Part shown: positions 1-10,127 of the stretch, one piece after another
How positions within the stretch are numbered: the stretch's first letter is position 1
How the letters are laid out: every line of letters begins with the position of its first letter
The notes under the pieces: model-generated
What the model was told of the DNA's origin: nothing
Databases searched by the model: none
What the model saw: only the letters and a program-made list of their open reading frames with translations
Program-made: the position numbers and the translations under genes
NCBI GenBank assembly: GCA_023137615.1
Contig: JAGLOS010000001.1
Coordinates: 1,067-65,066, forward strand
Length of the DNA: 64,000 nucleotides
Direction: 5' to 3'
From: Minisyncoccota bacterium
Lineage (GTDB): Bacteria; Patescibacteriota; Minisyncoccia; Phycocordibacterales; JAGLOS01

Positions 1-86
1 TTATATCTTTCAAGAGATCTAGATATTGATATTCCGGATGTTTTTTGTTTTTATCCATACAAAATGAAAATTTATTTACTAACTAT

Positions 87-641
87 TTACTTTTCTTGTC
101 CTTTTTTCTTAGGAGTAAAATTATTCCAATTGTCTCCATTGTACCTCCCCGTTTTTTTATAGTCGCGCTTCACAGGTGAAGCAAGTTTGGAAAACAAAAG
201 CTGAGCAATCTCCATTTTTGGACGCAGAACAATGGGCACATTATTTAAATTACACAATTCCAACGTGATATTAAGATAGTGTCCGGGATTTATAATACCC
301 GCCGTGTTGTGCACCAAAAGCCCGATCCGTGCCAATGATGACTTTCCGGAAAGCTGTATCAAATAATCTTTTGAACCAAAATAATCCCAAGACACACCAA
401 GAATACTTACTCCGGGATGAAGCACGAATTCCTCACTGTCAGCAATCTCGACTTCTCTTGTTTTGGGGAAGATCTTTTTTACCGGATCAATGTATTGACT
501 TTGATGCGACTCAGTTAGGATAAATTTATTGCCAAGTAAAATATCATAACTTGCCGGCTGAACTCTCTCTTTGTCAAAATCATCAATGCAAATTTTTCCA
601 TTCTCAACTTCTTTTTTAATATCTTCGTCAGAAAGAAACAT
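87..641 (-). CDS. dcd: dCTP deaminase
   Basis: MFLSDEDI start, QPASYD, GKSSLARIGL, AGIINPG and LELCN motifs of the dCTP deaminase family. Confidence 0.92.
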   Translation of the reverse strand: MFLSDEDIKKEVENGKICIDDFDKERVQPASYDILLGNKFILTESHQSQYIDPVKKIFPKTREVEIADSEEFVLHPGVSILGVSWDYFGSKDYLIQLSGKSSLARIGLLVHNTAGIINPGHYLNITLELCNLNNVPIVLRPKMEIAQLLFSKLASPVKRDYKKTGRYNGDNWNNFTPKKKGQEK

Positions 642-654
642 AATTCATTAAATA

Positions 655-1329
655 TTACTCGATAACAAAAATTTTGTCGGTGCCATAATAATCCGGCCAG
701 TTCTCATTATAATGCGCAAACATCCTCTCCAGACGATCCTGCTGTAGTTCCTCAACTTCCAATTTTTGCATAATATCCCGAAGAGATCTTTTTATCTCTT
801 CAACTTCATTTGTGTCCTCAACTACTTTTTCAAATTCAGCCAAATACCCATAACCGGCGTTTTTGTCAATACAAATATTCATGCCGTTGCTTTCATATTC
901 TTCCCTCTGTCGTGACCATTTCGCCTGATATGAAAAATCGCAGTCCAGAAGAATTTTGTCCAATTCGTCCAGCGACATATCAACTTCCGATTCAAATTCC
1001 ATTCGCGATATTCCATTTGAACTTGTTGTGTCGTCAATTGACGCCTTTACCACTAAAATTACAGTGTCATTGAGCTGGCGAGTACGAATAGAATGATCTT
1101 CACCCTCGGTTAATATTTTTTTGAATTTTTCACGTGACCTTTTGGAGACATGCTTTGTCATTTTTTGATACAACAGATCCGTATCGCCATCAATAAAATA
1201 ATGATTGAGTTGTTTATTTTGCGATTTTAATTTTAGGTCCGGATCAAGTTTCTTTAGGTCTTTCTTTAGTTTATCAGCGTTTTCTTTACTGCCAAGCAAA
1301 CTTTTTATCTCTATTTCAAACTGGGACAT
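655..1329 (-). CDS. CYTH-domain (triphosphate tunnel) protein
   Basis: N-terminal EIEIK (ExExK) motif, R-x-R strand, C-terminal AEFEK. Confidence 0.75.
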   Translation of the reverse strand: MSQFEIEIKSLLGSKENADKLKKDLKKLDPDLKLKSQNKQLNHYFIDGDTDLLYQKMTKHVSKRSREKFKKILTEGEDHSIRTRQLNDTVILVVKASIDDTTSSNGISRMEFESEVDMSLDELDKILLDCDFSYQAKWSRQREEYESNGMNICIDKNAGYGYLAEFEKVVEDTNEVEEIKRSLRDIMQKLEVEELQQDRLERMFAHYNENWPDYYGTDKIFVIE

Positions 1330-1423
1330 AAATTTGATATCATTAATGCTTATAATCAGCTTTTCTTAAGTATAATACATACACAAGCACTGGAACAAAC
1401 AGTATATCTGTGGCATAACACAC

Positions 1424-1456
1424 AAAAAGAACCGCTCTATAAAGCGGTTCTTTTTG
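1424..1456. terminator. intrinsic terminator
   Basis: aaaaagaaccgc-tctataaa-gcggttcttttt hairpin with A/T tracts on both sides. Confidence 0.7.
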
Positions 1457-1507
1457 TCCTGTGTCACAAGCATAGCAACCTGTGGACAGTCGTTCGATCG
1501 ATACCGG

Positions 1508-2053
1508 CTATTCACTCATCACTTTATCAATTGCCCCAAAGAGTTCTTCAATAGACCCATCGTTTTTAATGACAATATCGGCATGCACTTCGAGTTCGTG
1601 TATTTCTATTTCTGCTTCCTGTTCTTGTTCTTTTTGGAATATTTCAAATGTTTTTCCTTTATCATCAACATTTTGTGTACGCTTTGTAATACGATCGTAT
1701 CTTGATTCAAGTGATCCTTTTATATACAACAGCTTAAATTCCGGAAGCTCATGTAAAGATCTGATGTCGCCCAGACGACGAACACCATCAACAACGATAA
1801 CATCATGCGGATCTCTGGAAACTTCTTGCGACACTACTTTAGCAAAAAGATCTTCTCCGTACGTTTTTCTTAGTATCGTTGAAAGCTCTCCTAAATTTTT
1901 TCTACTCTGCTCCAAACGAAGCCGATCGAGAATATCTCGAAGAGGTGTTGAAAATTTATGTGAGACCGCACCGTATTTTTCCGTAAGATATCTTGCAACG
2001 GTACTTTTTCCACTTCCCATTTCACCGGTCAATCCAATAATGTGTTTTTTCAT
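1508..2053 (-). CDS. P-loop kinase (dephospho-CoA kinase / nucleotide monophosphate kinase-like)
   Basis: IIGLTGEMGSGKST Walker A, VVDGVR, C-terminal ADIVIKNDGS. Confidence 0.8.
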   Translation of the reverse strand: MKKHIIGLTGEMGSGKSTVARYLTEKYGAVSHKFSTPLRDILDRLRLEQSRKNLGELSTILRKTYGEDLFAKVVSQEVSRDPHDVIVVDGVRRLGDIRSLHELPEFKLLYIKGSLESRYDRITKRTQNVDDKGKTFEIFQKEQEQEAEIEIHELEVHADIVIKNDGSIEELFGAIDKVMSE

Positions 2054-2156
2054 GTCCCTTTGTATATTTTAAATACGATCTTAAATTTATAATCGCCTCT
2101 TTATTATTTTATATTCTGCAACACACAACAGTATACTACACACGCCCCTGACAAAC

Positions 2157-2188
2157 AAAAAACTCCGCATATGCGGAGCTTTTTGTTC
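2157..2188. terminator. intrinsic terminator after rplK
   Basis: ctccgc-atat-gcggag hairpin with flanking A/T tracts. Confidence 0.7.
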
Positions 2189-2193
2189 TTTCT

Positions 2194-2619
2194 TTATACT
2201 TCTACTTCTACACCCATGGAGCGACATGAACCTTCAATGATCTTCGACGCCGCTTCTATGTCATTTGCATTAAGATCCTCCTTTTTTATTTCAGCGATCT
2301 CCCTAATCTGTTGTTTGGTGATCTTTCCAACTTTTTTTGTCGTGTTCTTACCCGATCCTTTCGGAATACCGACTGCTTTCAAAATAAGCGACGAAGCCGG
2401 AGGGCTTTTGAGAATAAAATCGAACGAACGGTCGTCATAGACACTGATCACTGTCGATACGATGTCTCCCATCATCTCTTTGGTTTTATCGTTGAATTGA
2501 TTTACAAACTCACCAATATTGATCCCTGCCTGACCAAGAGCCGGACCCAATGGCGGTGCCGGATTTGCTTTACCTGCCGGAATTTGTAATTTGATCACTT
2601 TCGTTACTTTTTTTGCCAT
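2194..2619 (-). CDS. rplK: 50S ribosomal protein L11
   Basis: [21 protein letters not shown] signature. Confidence 0.98.
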   Translation of the reverse strand: MAKKVTKVIKLQIPAGKANPAPPLGPALGQAGINIGEFVNQFNDKTKEMMGDIVSTVISVYDDRSFDFILKSPPASSLILKAVGIPKGSGKNTTKKVGKITKQQIREIAEIKKEDLNANDIEAASKIIEGSCRSMGVEVEV

Positions 2620-2675
2620 AATTTTAGTTTTTAGTTTGTAGTAATATATTTCTTTGACCCTTGTGAGAAGCGAAC

Positions 2676-3221
2676 TTATACTTTCTTCACCTGAAGGAAA
2701 TCAAGCTCCACAGGAGTTTCTCTTCCAAACATTGATACCAATATCTTAACTTTTCCGCGTTCTTCGTCAACCTCTGACACTTTTCCTTCAAGTTCTTTAA
2801 ACGGACCGTCTACGATAGTTACCGAATCATCTATATTCAGATCGATCTTATGTTTTATCGTTTCTGAATTCATTCGACTAAAGAGGGCGTCTACTTCTGT
2901 TTTATCCAAAGGAACAGGTGTTACGCCCGAACCAACAAACCCGGTTACCCGCGGAGTATTACGTACCACATACCATGAATCATCGGTTACGATCATATCC
3001 ACCATTACATAACCCGGATATATCTTTTCTTCAACTTCAACGCGCTTACCTCCTTTGATCTTGATCTTTTTCTCCATCGGCACTGTCACGCTAAAGATCT
3101 TGTCTTCCATACTCAGTGACTCAATACGTTGTTTAAGATTACGACATACGGCATTCTCATACCCCACATAAGTATGGATCGCGTACCAATTTCGTTCTGC
3201 TTTTATCTCTTGTTTTGCCAT
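2676..3221 (-). CDS. nusG: transcription termination/antitermination factor NusG
   Basis: [29 protein letters not shown] motif, FGRETPVEL. Confidence 0.98.
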   Translation of the reverse strand: MAKQEIKAERNWYAIHTYVGYENAVCRNLKQRIESLSMEDKIFSVTVPMEKKIKIKGGKRVEVEEKIYPGYVMVDMIVTDDSWYVVRNTPRVTGFVGSGVTPVPLDKTEVDALFSRMNSETIKHKIDLNIDDSVTIVDGPFKELEGKVSEVDEERGKVKILVSMFGRETPVELDFLQVKKV

Positions 3222-3227
3222 ATAAAT

Positions 3228-3413
3228 TTATTTAAGTTCCATTACAAACTGCAGTATCCTTGAAAAACCAAGATCTGCTACTCCTAAAAAGACTGCCGTG
3301 ATGATAGAAATAATAATTACCACGATCGTAAAGTAAGTTATCTGCTTTTGTGTCGGCCAACTAACGTGTTTTAGCTCTGCCTGTGTTTCTTTTAGATATT
3401 GTCCTAATCCCAT
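3228..3413 (-). CDS. secE: preprotein translocase subunit SecE
   Basis: ELKHVSWPT motif plus one TM helix, directly upstream of nusG. Confidence 0.95.
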   Translation of the reverse strand: MGLGQYLKETQAELKHVSWPTQKQITYFTIVVIIISIITAVFLGVADLGFSRILQFVMELK

Positions 3414-3619
3414 AATAATTTTCTTATTATTAGTCGTATATTAAAAACCGCCCCTATCGGGCTTGTTCTTTATATTACCCACATTCACAAAAAAGTCAAT
3501 ACCATGACAATGTCTAAATACCCACCTTTTGGTTATCTTACAAATGGTTTTATGTTCATTTTTTGTGTATTATATATATTGTAAAGTAGTTTTTATAAAT
3601 TTAAGTATTAAATATCAAT

Positions 3620-4069
3620 ATGGATGAACAACCAACAACACAACAAAATGGAGAAGTTCCTTTTGAACAGTCTTCTGGCAATACACCCACACCGGCACCA
3701 ACACAAAAAAATGCCGAAGGGTGGTCATGGGGAGGTTTTATGTTTGAGCCAATACTCATTATCGCTACCAAAAAATATGTTTATCTGCTCTTCTTTTTTT
3801 TATATTTGATCCCGCTTATCAACTTCATCGCGATTATCGGAATAAAGATCTTCTTTGGTCTCAAGGGACGCGAAATTGTAATGCAAAGCCCCGCTTTCAG
3901 CAACAGTGACGAAGCACGGGGATTCATGAAAGGTCTCGACCATGCGGGATTTATAAGTTTTATTTTCACGGTCGTTATGTTTGCACTATCTTTCCTCTTT
4001 CTAGGCGCGTTGTTCAGCGGTTTGCTTAGTGGCGGAATGGAAATATCTCCGGATATCTACGGATATTAA
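3620..4069 (+). CDS. hypothetical membrane protein
   Basis: 149-aa ORF, GWSWGGF motif, 2-3 hydrophobic segments, followed by a terminator. Confidence 0.75.
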   Translation: MDEQPTTQQNGEVPFEQSSGNTPTPAPTQKNAEGWSWGGFMFEPILIIATKKYVYLLFFFLYLIPLINFIAIIGIKIFFGLKGREIVMQSPAFSNSDEARGFMKGLDHAGFISFIFTVVMFALSFLFLGALFSGLLSGGMEISPDIYGY

Positions 4070-4085
4070 ACTCAACCTCCAAAAA

Positions 4086-4118
4086 ACAAAAAGCTCCGAA
4101 TTCGGAGCTTTTTGTTTT
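4086..4118. terminator. bidirectional intrinsic terminator
   Basis: acaaaaagctccg-aatt-cggagctttttgt between convergent genes. Confidence 0.8.
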
Positions 4119-4131
4119 TATGCAAAGATCC

Positions 4132-5466
4132 CTACAAATTTTGCTCTTGATGTGTGAGGTTGTGTACACATTTCTTGAACAAATCACCTTTTTCTTCAAA
4201 ATTTTTATACAAACTATAGCTCGGTGACGCCGTTGAAAGTAAGCTCATTTTACCTTTTGGTGTATTAGCCGTGCAATATTGCACGGCTTCTTCCATATTA
4301 TCAGTAGAAAGAACTTTTGGAGAATATTCTTTTTCAGTATTTATAAGTTCCCCAATCTTTTTTCCTGTGTCCGGAAGAAGGACAATGGTCGATACCGAAT
4401 ATTCTTTCAATTTTCGCACAAGTCCACTAAACTCATAGCCCCGATCCTCTCCACCCAAGATAATAGATCCAAGTTTTTCCTTAAAAACTTCAATACCCGC
4501 GATTGTTGATTCCGGTGTTGTTGAAATAGCATCATCATAAAAATGAACACCTTTGACATTATCAACATATTCCAATCGATGAGGCAGTCCATAAAATTGT
4601 GAGATCGATCTTTCAATAACATTATTCTCAACCCCTAATAAATGTGTCGCGGAAATAACAGCAAGAACATTATCTTTATTATGATCACCGGGTATTTTTA
4701 CTGCGCCAACGGGAAATATCTTATTTCCACCTTCATAAAACCATTTTTCGTCATACCACACATTATCTTGTTCACCATATATTATTTTTTTTGCTTTGGT
4801 TTCTAACTCTGTCAATTTTTCATATTGTTTGTTTACAATAAGAAGATCTTCTTCGGATTGACCGCGCGTAATATTTTTTTTTGCGTTGAAATAATTATCA
4901 AATCCTCCGTGGTAGGTAAGATGATCCGGGAATAAGCTTGTAATAATTGCGATATGCGGATGAATATGCGTGCCTTCAAGTTGATAGCTGGAAAGCTCAC
5001 AAACAAAAGTAGTATTTTTACACTCAACGTATTTGAGAGCGGGAACACCTATATTTCCGATAAGTTCTGTTTGCCTGCCATCCTCTTTGAGTACCTCAAA
5101 AAGCATGGATACAACCGTACTCTTGCCCTTAGAGCCGGTAACACCAACAACAGTATTAGACGAATCTATAGAATCAAAAAATATTTGAGTCGCTGATGTT
5201 ATTTTTTCAGCAAGTGGTTTAAGCTCGGGCGACATAGAGATCCCCGGTGTTTTTATAATAACGTCAAAATCTCCAAGACTATCTTGATAATTTTCCCCTT
5301 TTAAAAGGCTCACATTTTTATCTGAGCAAGATAAATTTTCATTCTGGTCTGCTATAGCAAAATGTTTATCCGGAAAATATTTTCTGAGCACACGAAGAGT
5401 TTCCACACCTTCCCTGCCAAACCCAAGTAAAACTATTTTTTTATTTCCAAGAGTGCTGATATTCAT
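4132..5466 (-). CDS. murD: UDP-MurNAc-L-Ala:glutamate ligase (MurD, probably MurD2 type)
   Basis: GFGREG, TPGI, GVTGSKGKST, ELSSYQL, DHLTYHG, LPHRLE, LSTASPSY..YKNFEEKG; overlaps the murL-like gene. Confidence 0.9.
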   Translation of the reverse strand: MNISTLGNKKIVLLGFGREGVETLRVLRKYFPDKHFAIADQNENLSCSDKNVSLLKGENYQDSLGDFDVIIKTPGISMSPELKPLAEKITSATQIFFDSIDSSNTVVGVTGSKGKSTVVSMLFEVLKEDGRQTELIGNIGVPALKYVECKNTTFVCELSSYQLEGTHIHPHIAIITSLFPDHLTYHGGFDNYFNAKKNITRGQSEEDLLIVNKQYEKLTELETKAKKIIYGEQDNVWYDEKWFYEGGNKIFPVGAVKIPGDHNKDNVLAVISATHLLGVENNVIERSISQFYGLPHRLEYVDNVKGVHFYDDAISTTPESTIAGIEVFKEKLGSIILGGEDRGYEFSGLVRKLKEYSVSTIVLLPDTGKKIGELINTEKEYSPKVLSTDNMEEAVQYCTANTPKGKMSLLSTASPSYSLYKNFEEKGDLFKKCVHNLTHQEQNL

Positions 5467-6788
5467 AATTTTTTGATAATATTTCTAAACTCCTGCGGAA
5501 CAGTATCTACAGAGCTTACGGTAAGAGCTTCTTTTATAAGTCTATCCGGATCTTCAACGTTTCCAAGAATGTTGTCGTCAAAATATTTCATAATAAAGTC
5601 ATTTGCATATTCCCCTTTTCTACTTGCTAATATAAATGCTGCCATACTTTCCTCCAGTGTTCCTACACACTCAAAAGGCTTGAACTTATGTTTACCAATA
5701 AGAGAAAGAAAAAGGGGCTGAAGTTTTTCGTCCGCAAAAAGATTTTTACCAAATATTTTTACAACCTCTTCTTTAGGAAGAAAGGCAGATAAAGCCAAGA
5801 AAATAAAAGCACACTTAGGACAAAAGCCGCACCATTTCCCCTTAGGTTTTTCTTTTGTTATTGTCCAATTCGCGTTACAACTCGCAAAAAGTGGAAAATA
5901 ATCTTTGTATTGTGAAAATATTTTTATTATCTTAAGCTCGCAAAGAGGTCGCAGTAGACTGAAAACTTCAATACTGGGAGTAATATACTTATGTAGATAT
6001 TCTGAGAAAGCTTTTTCAAACGTTAGACTTTTGCTGTACTGATGATTTATGACTTCACCAAGGTACTCTACATTTCCCTCGTCCGCACTTTTTTCAATTG
6101 AATGAACAACATGTTTATAGCCAAACAATATACAAAACACCACAGAAAGAAAGTTGATATACGCTGTAATGGGAATATGTCCATTATACGCACCCTCTTC
6201 GTTGAGACGGAAAAGCTCCGGCGATAATTCTCTTTTAATATATAGAGTTCCCTTTCCGGCTTTTTCCGCTATCTTCCGGATCGTCTCATTCTCCCCGTAT
6301 CTTAAAAGATCAAAATCTATTTCTTCGTGCTTCATTAATTCTGTCGCCACAATGGAATCTTTGCCTCCGCCTAAGAGCACCAGTGTACGCGAAGGAAGTT
6401 TCACCTCGGAAGCAGAGCTATGAACATCTTTCTCAAAGGGAAAATTAACAAGACCCCTAAAATCAATATTATTCTTGAAAAAGAATTCGCCAAGACCCTT
6501 GGTGTAAATATCATTCCAAAAAACAGCTTGTTCTTTTGAGAGATTGCCCGAGGAAATTTTTATCTCAGGAGGACAATATATTTTATAATAACTTACCCCC
6601 GCTATTAAATGGAGGTTAAATAATGCTTTATCTAATAATTCTTTATCAAATTCAAAATAATCATTGTCCGGTAGTTTTATTTTTTCACAGAAAAAAACGT
6701 TACTATCAAGAGAATAAAAAAGTTTAATTTCTCTCTTTTCTTTATTGAATTCATACGATTCAAATATAAAAGTCTTGTACTTACCCAT
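5463..6788 (-). CDS. murL: UDP-MurNAc-L-Ala-L-Glu epimerase (MurL family)
   Basis: GVSYYK, GLGEFF, GGGKDS, NGHIPITA, NHQYSKS, SCN, WCGFCPKC, KPFECVG motifs; start moved to MGKYK (6788). Confidence 0.85.
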   Translation of the reverse strand: MGKYKTFIFESYEFNKEKREIKLFYSLDSNVFFCEKIKLPDNDYFEFDKELLDKALFNLHLIAGVSYYKIYCPPEIKISSGNLSKEQAVFWNDIYTKGLGEFFFKNNIDFRGLVNFPFEKDVHSSASEVKLPSRTLVLLGGGKDSIVATELMKHEEIDFDLLRYGENETIRKIAEKAGKGTLYIKRELSPELFRLNEEGAYNGHIPITAYINFLSVVFCILFGYKHVVHSIEKSADEGNVEYLGEVINHQYSKSLTFEKAFSEYLHKYITPSIEVFSLLRPLCELKIIKIFSQYKDYFPLFASCNANWTITKEKPKGKWCGFCPKCAFIFLALSAFLPKEEVVKIFGKNLFADEKLQPLFLSLIGKHKFKPFECVGTLEESMAAFILASRKGEYANDFIMKYFDDNILGNVEDPDRLIKEALTVSSVDTVPQEFRNIIKKL

Positions 6789-6882
6789 GTAGGAATAATA
6801 CAATGTTATTTGTAATTTATAAACCGGTTTAACTCTCGTTGAAAGTGGTTTTACCCTAAATATCATCTACAACAATGAATCG

Positions 6883-7043
6883 CCCCCCCAGCAAAGCTAC
6901 GGGGTATCAGTGGTTACTCCATACTCTCAAACAAATTCGATCGTACTTGGTAAACTGCTTGTAAGGAGAGATCCCTTATACTTTGTTACACCTCATACAT
7001 TAACCCACGCAGTAGAACTGCGAAGAATTCTTTTTGATTAAAA
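6883..7043. repeat. REP/IS200-IS605-end-like paired hairpins (MITE-like remnant)
   Basis: cccccagcaaagctacggggtat at 6883-6907 resembles cccgcggcaagccgacggggtat at about 18465; second hairpin cgcagtagaactgcg at about 7008. Confidence 0.4.
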
Positions 7044-7078
7044 GTGTTTTGGGGTCATTTATATACTATATGTTATTC

Positions 7079-7459
7079 CTATGAGGATCCGAGGATGTCT
7101 TCTATTCGTGCAATGATCCCATCAAGACTGTAATCCGACTTTACCACATATCCTTTTACTCCAAGTTCAAGCCCCTCACTTATCTTTTCATTATCAGAAA
7201 AATTTGAACTTATGAGTACAGGTGTCTGTGATTCACCGTTTTTCTCTTTAAGAGCACGTAAAAATTCAAGTCCATCCATTTTGGGCATTTTTATATCAAG
7301 AACAATAAGATCAGGATGTTCTTCTCCTACTTTCAAGAGTCCTTCTTCCCCATCTTCCGCAGAAACAACTTCATATTTGTCCGCATAAGATTTACTAAAT
7401 GTGTCTCGAAATATCTTCAAAAAGATCTTGTCGTCATCTATAATAAGTATTTTTTTCAT
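7079..7459 (-). CDS. single-domain response regulator (receiver)
   Basis: ILIIDDD, PDLIVLDIKMPKMDG, GYVVK. Confidence 0.92.
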   Translation of the reverse strand: MKKILIIDDDKIFLKIFRDTFSKSYADKYEVVSAEDGEEGLLKVGEEHPDLIVLDIKMPKMDGLEFLRALKEKNGESQTPVLISSNFSDNEKISEGLELGVKGYVVKSDYSLDGIIARIEDILGSS

Positions 7460-7474
7460 ATTGCTTTCACTATA

Positions 7475-9247
7475 TTAAATATTTATCGTAAAGTAAAAAG
7501 TACTTCCTTTCCCCTCTTGTGACGCAACACCGACAAACCCTCCGTGGGCCTCTATTACGCCTTTTACCACAACAAGTCCCAGTCCCAAGCTTGTTCTGCT
7601 TTCTCCTTTCCTTGTAACAATATTGTCTTTGTCAAATTTGGTAAACAACGCCCCAATTTTCGATCGTGGAATACCGACACCGGAATCAGTGATTCCAATA
7701 ATAACACAATCCTGTCTTTCTCGAAACGTCACATCCTCCTTTTCTTCTACAAACCACTCAACGCCGGCGGTTTTCGCTTCTCTACTGAGAATTTCTTCTT
7801 TTTTATGACGAAATATATCCACCGAAATAGTCCCGCCGAGTTCGGTATATTTTATTGCATTGGAAAGAAGGTTGTTTAATACCTGTTCGATCCGTATTGA
7901 GTCCATTTCAAGCTCGACCGGCACATTTTCCGAATAATTCATCTCCATTGTTATATTTCTGTCTTTTGCGGCAATGTCGAAGAAATGAAATCTCCCTTGT
8001 ATAACTTGCTTCAATTTAGTTACCCGTGTTGAAAGAATCAATTTTTCATTCTCAATGTTTGAAACATCCAAAAGATCATTTACCAATTCAAGCATTTGAG
8101 ATGACCCTTTGAATATCATTTTTATATATTCATCATATGTCTTCTTGTCTGTCCGTACTGTATCATCATGCATTACTTCACTCACTTTCTTAATACCATC
8201 AAGCGGTCCTCGAAGCTCATGTATCATAAGTGATGTAAATTCTTCCTTGAGCTTCTCTGCCTCTTTCTCCTTTGTCACGTCGTGCAGAACCACTACCCCA
8301 CCGAGGATCTGATCCTTCACAATATCTGCAAAACCTTTGACCGGAGACACGGAAAGCTGAAAAAAATTATCTTCCACTTTTACCTCAGGTGTAATAATGA
8401 TCTTATTCAAAGTAATACTTTCCTTGAGAGTTTCCCGTATATCAAAAGAGTCCCCTAGCCCATTAATAAGATCAAAAATATCAATACTGGAGTTATCTTT
8501 CAACCCAAGGTATCTCTTAGCGGCAGGATTTACCGCCATCACCTTATATTCACGATCAGTCATTACCACACCATCGGTCAAGCTCTCCACCACAGCACTA
8601 AGTTTTGCTTGTTCGGTCTTCACCACTTGCTCAAGTTTTGTAACCGCCTGTGATGCTTGTGCCACTATTTTGTAAAGGATCATAACATCCTGTTCTTTGT
8701 ATTGCTCCTTTCTTGTATGAGCCACTGTAAGTAATCCAACAACCCGCCCACCAATAACAAGTGGGATATTAAAAAAAGACTCGATCTTTTCCGGTGAACC
8801 ATCCAAGACAAGGGCTCCGGAGAGACTTTCTTTGATATCTTTTGTACGAACCTCCTTTTCAAGAAGAGCGGTAAGAGAATCTTCCATCTTTTTTTTAACT
8901 CCATCAACAAATTTTCGGCAAACAGACTCTTTTAGATCGATCTTAAAGGAAACCGGGTTATTTTCTTTTTGATCTACAAGCATGTATGACACCGTGGTAT
9001 ATTCGATGAATTGTCTGAGAGATCCTGTGATCATCTCGACCACCTTTTCGACATCAAGAGAATACCCCATTCCCTCACCCAATTTCTCAAGAACAGCAAG
9101 TTCGTACACCTTACGACGTACCTCGATCTCACAAGCATGTGCTCGTATACGAAACGACCTCTCTCTCCAACAGAGAACACAACCGGCTATCAGCACAATA
9201 ATTCCAATAATTCCAATAAGGGTATTTTCCATACACTCTAAAAACAC
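7475..9247 (-). CDS. sensor histidine kinase (TM-GAF-PAS-HisKA-HATPase)
   Basis: N-terminal TM, GAF-like NIPLVIGGRVVGLL, PAS VNPAA, HELRGPL H-box, NLLSNAIKYT, DSGVGI, GLGL. Confidence 0.92.
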   Translation of the reverse strand: MFLECMENTLIGIIGIIVLIAGCVLCWRERSFRIRAHACEIEVRRKVYELAVLEKLGEGMGYSLDVEKVVEMITGSLRQFIEYTTVSYMLVDQKENNPVSFKIDLKESVCRKFVDGVKKKMEDSLTALLEKEVRTKDIKESLSGALVLDGSPEKIESFFNIPLVIGGRVVGLLTVAHTRKEQYKEQDVMILYKIVAQASQAVTKLEQVVKTEQAKLSAVVESLTDGVVMTDREYKVMAVNPAAKRYLGLKDNSSIDIFDLINGLGDSFDIRETLKESITLNKIIITPEVKVEDNFFQLSVSPVKGFADIVKDQILGGVVVLHDVTKEKEAEKLKEEFTSLMIHELRGPLDGIKKVSEVMHDDTVRTDKKTYDEYIKMIFKGSSQMLELVNDLLDVSNIENEKLILSTRVTKLKQVIQGRFHFFDIAAKDRNITMEMNYSENVPVELEMDSIRIEQVLNNLLSNAIKYTELGGTISVDIFRHKKEEILSREAKTAGVEWFVEEKEDVTFRERQDCVIIGITDSGVGIPRSKIGALFTKFDKDNIVTRKGESRTSLGLGLVVVKGVIEAHGGFVGVASQEGKGSTFYFTINI

Positions 9248-9253
9248 ATCCTT

Positions 9254-9526
9254 TTAGCTGTTCTCTTTTTCAACCGCAGGATATTTTTTAAAGATCGATC
9301 CAAGTGTTGCTTTCACTATCTGTCCAGAGAGTTCCACATACTGATCGATCAAATGTTGCAGTGTTTCTTTTGGATCATTCTCTATGGTTATTACCTGCCC
9401 CTCATCTGTTATTGTCAATCCTTTTACGCCACGTGCACGCATGATCGCAATCTCCGGACCCAAGATCACCGCTTGTTTTGAGATGATTTCCGTCATAAGA
9501 CGTTTATATTCTTCTTTGCTTTCCAT
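9254..9526 (-). CDS. small hypothetical protein in the signalling operon
   Basis: 90-aa ORF tightly packed upstream of the kinase; KQAVILGP..A..RA motif. Confidence 0.75.
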   Translation of the reverse strand: MESKEEYKRLMTEIISKQAVILGPEIAIMRARGVKGLTITDEGQVITIENDPKETLQHLIDQYVELSGQIVKATLGSIFKKYPAVEKENS

Positions 9527-9554
9527 ATAACTAGTAATTTAATGTGATAAATTA

Positions 9555-9944
9555 TTAACGACCCTCTATCGCACGAGCCATTTTGGTTGCGGCGATAGCC
9601 ATCAATATATACCCAATAATAAAAAGTGCGTTATCTACCGTCGAAACATCTTCTATCGGAATAAGTGAAGGATATTCACCAATAGTATACCCTATAAGAA
9701 CCACTGTCATTCCCACACCAAAATAATTCAGGACTTTACCAAAAACACCTCCTCTCATTTTTCTTGCGTTGCGAAAAACAATAATGCTGGTTGCCGCAGC
9801 AATAATAAGTGCACTTCCCAAAGCATAAGTTTTCAATATGCCCGACATTGCAGTAATCTCCTCCAGTGAGAATAAATACTCGGCATGTGCAATGTTCACA
9901 AAAGTAAAAAGGAAGAGGGATATGCTAATAATTATTTTTTTCAT
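9555..9944 (-). CDS. small membrane protein (signal peptide plus about 3 TM)
   Basis: 129 aa, AHA-type cleavage site, three hydrophobic helices. Confidence 0.75.
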   Translation of the reverse strand: MKKIIISISLFLFTFVNIAHAEYLFSLEEITAMSGILKTYALGSALIIAAATSIIVFRNARKMRGGVFGKVLNYFGVGMTVVLIGYTIGEYPSLIPIEDVSTVDNALFIIGYILMAIAATKMARAIEGR

Positions 9945-10127
9945 ATATATAAAAATTTATTACTTGGTAAAATAAGCATACTGGAAAAATCCTCGGTACT
10001 TTAATAATACCATACGAACCCACTTTTAAAGTCAGTGCTTATCCACAAAAATTACTCGTCCTGAAAATTCGTCTACCTCTAAAAATCGAAGAATATACCT
10101 CATATTTCAACTACTAAAGGAACGCTA

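Noticed and set aside
1482-2072. Long antisense ORFs such as 1482-2072, 12828-13361 and 28234-28920
   Set aside because: Shadows of well-supported genes on the opposite strand.
6789-6866. N-terminal extension of murL in the ORF track
   Set aside because: A -10 box precedes the ATG at 6788; the extension has no family-like character.
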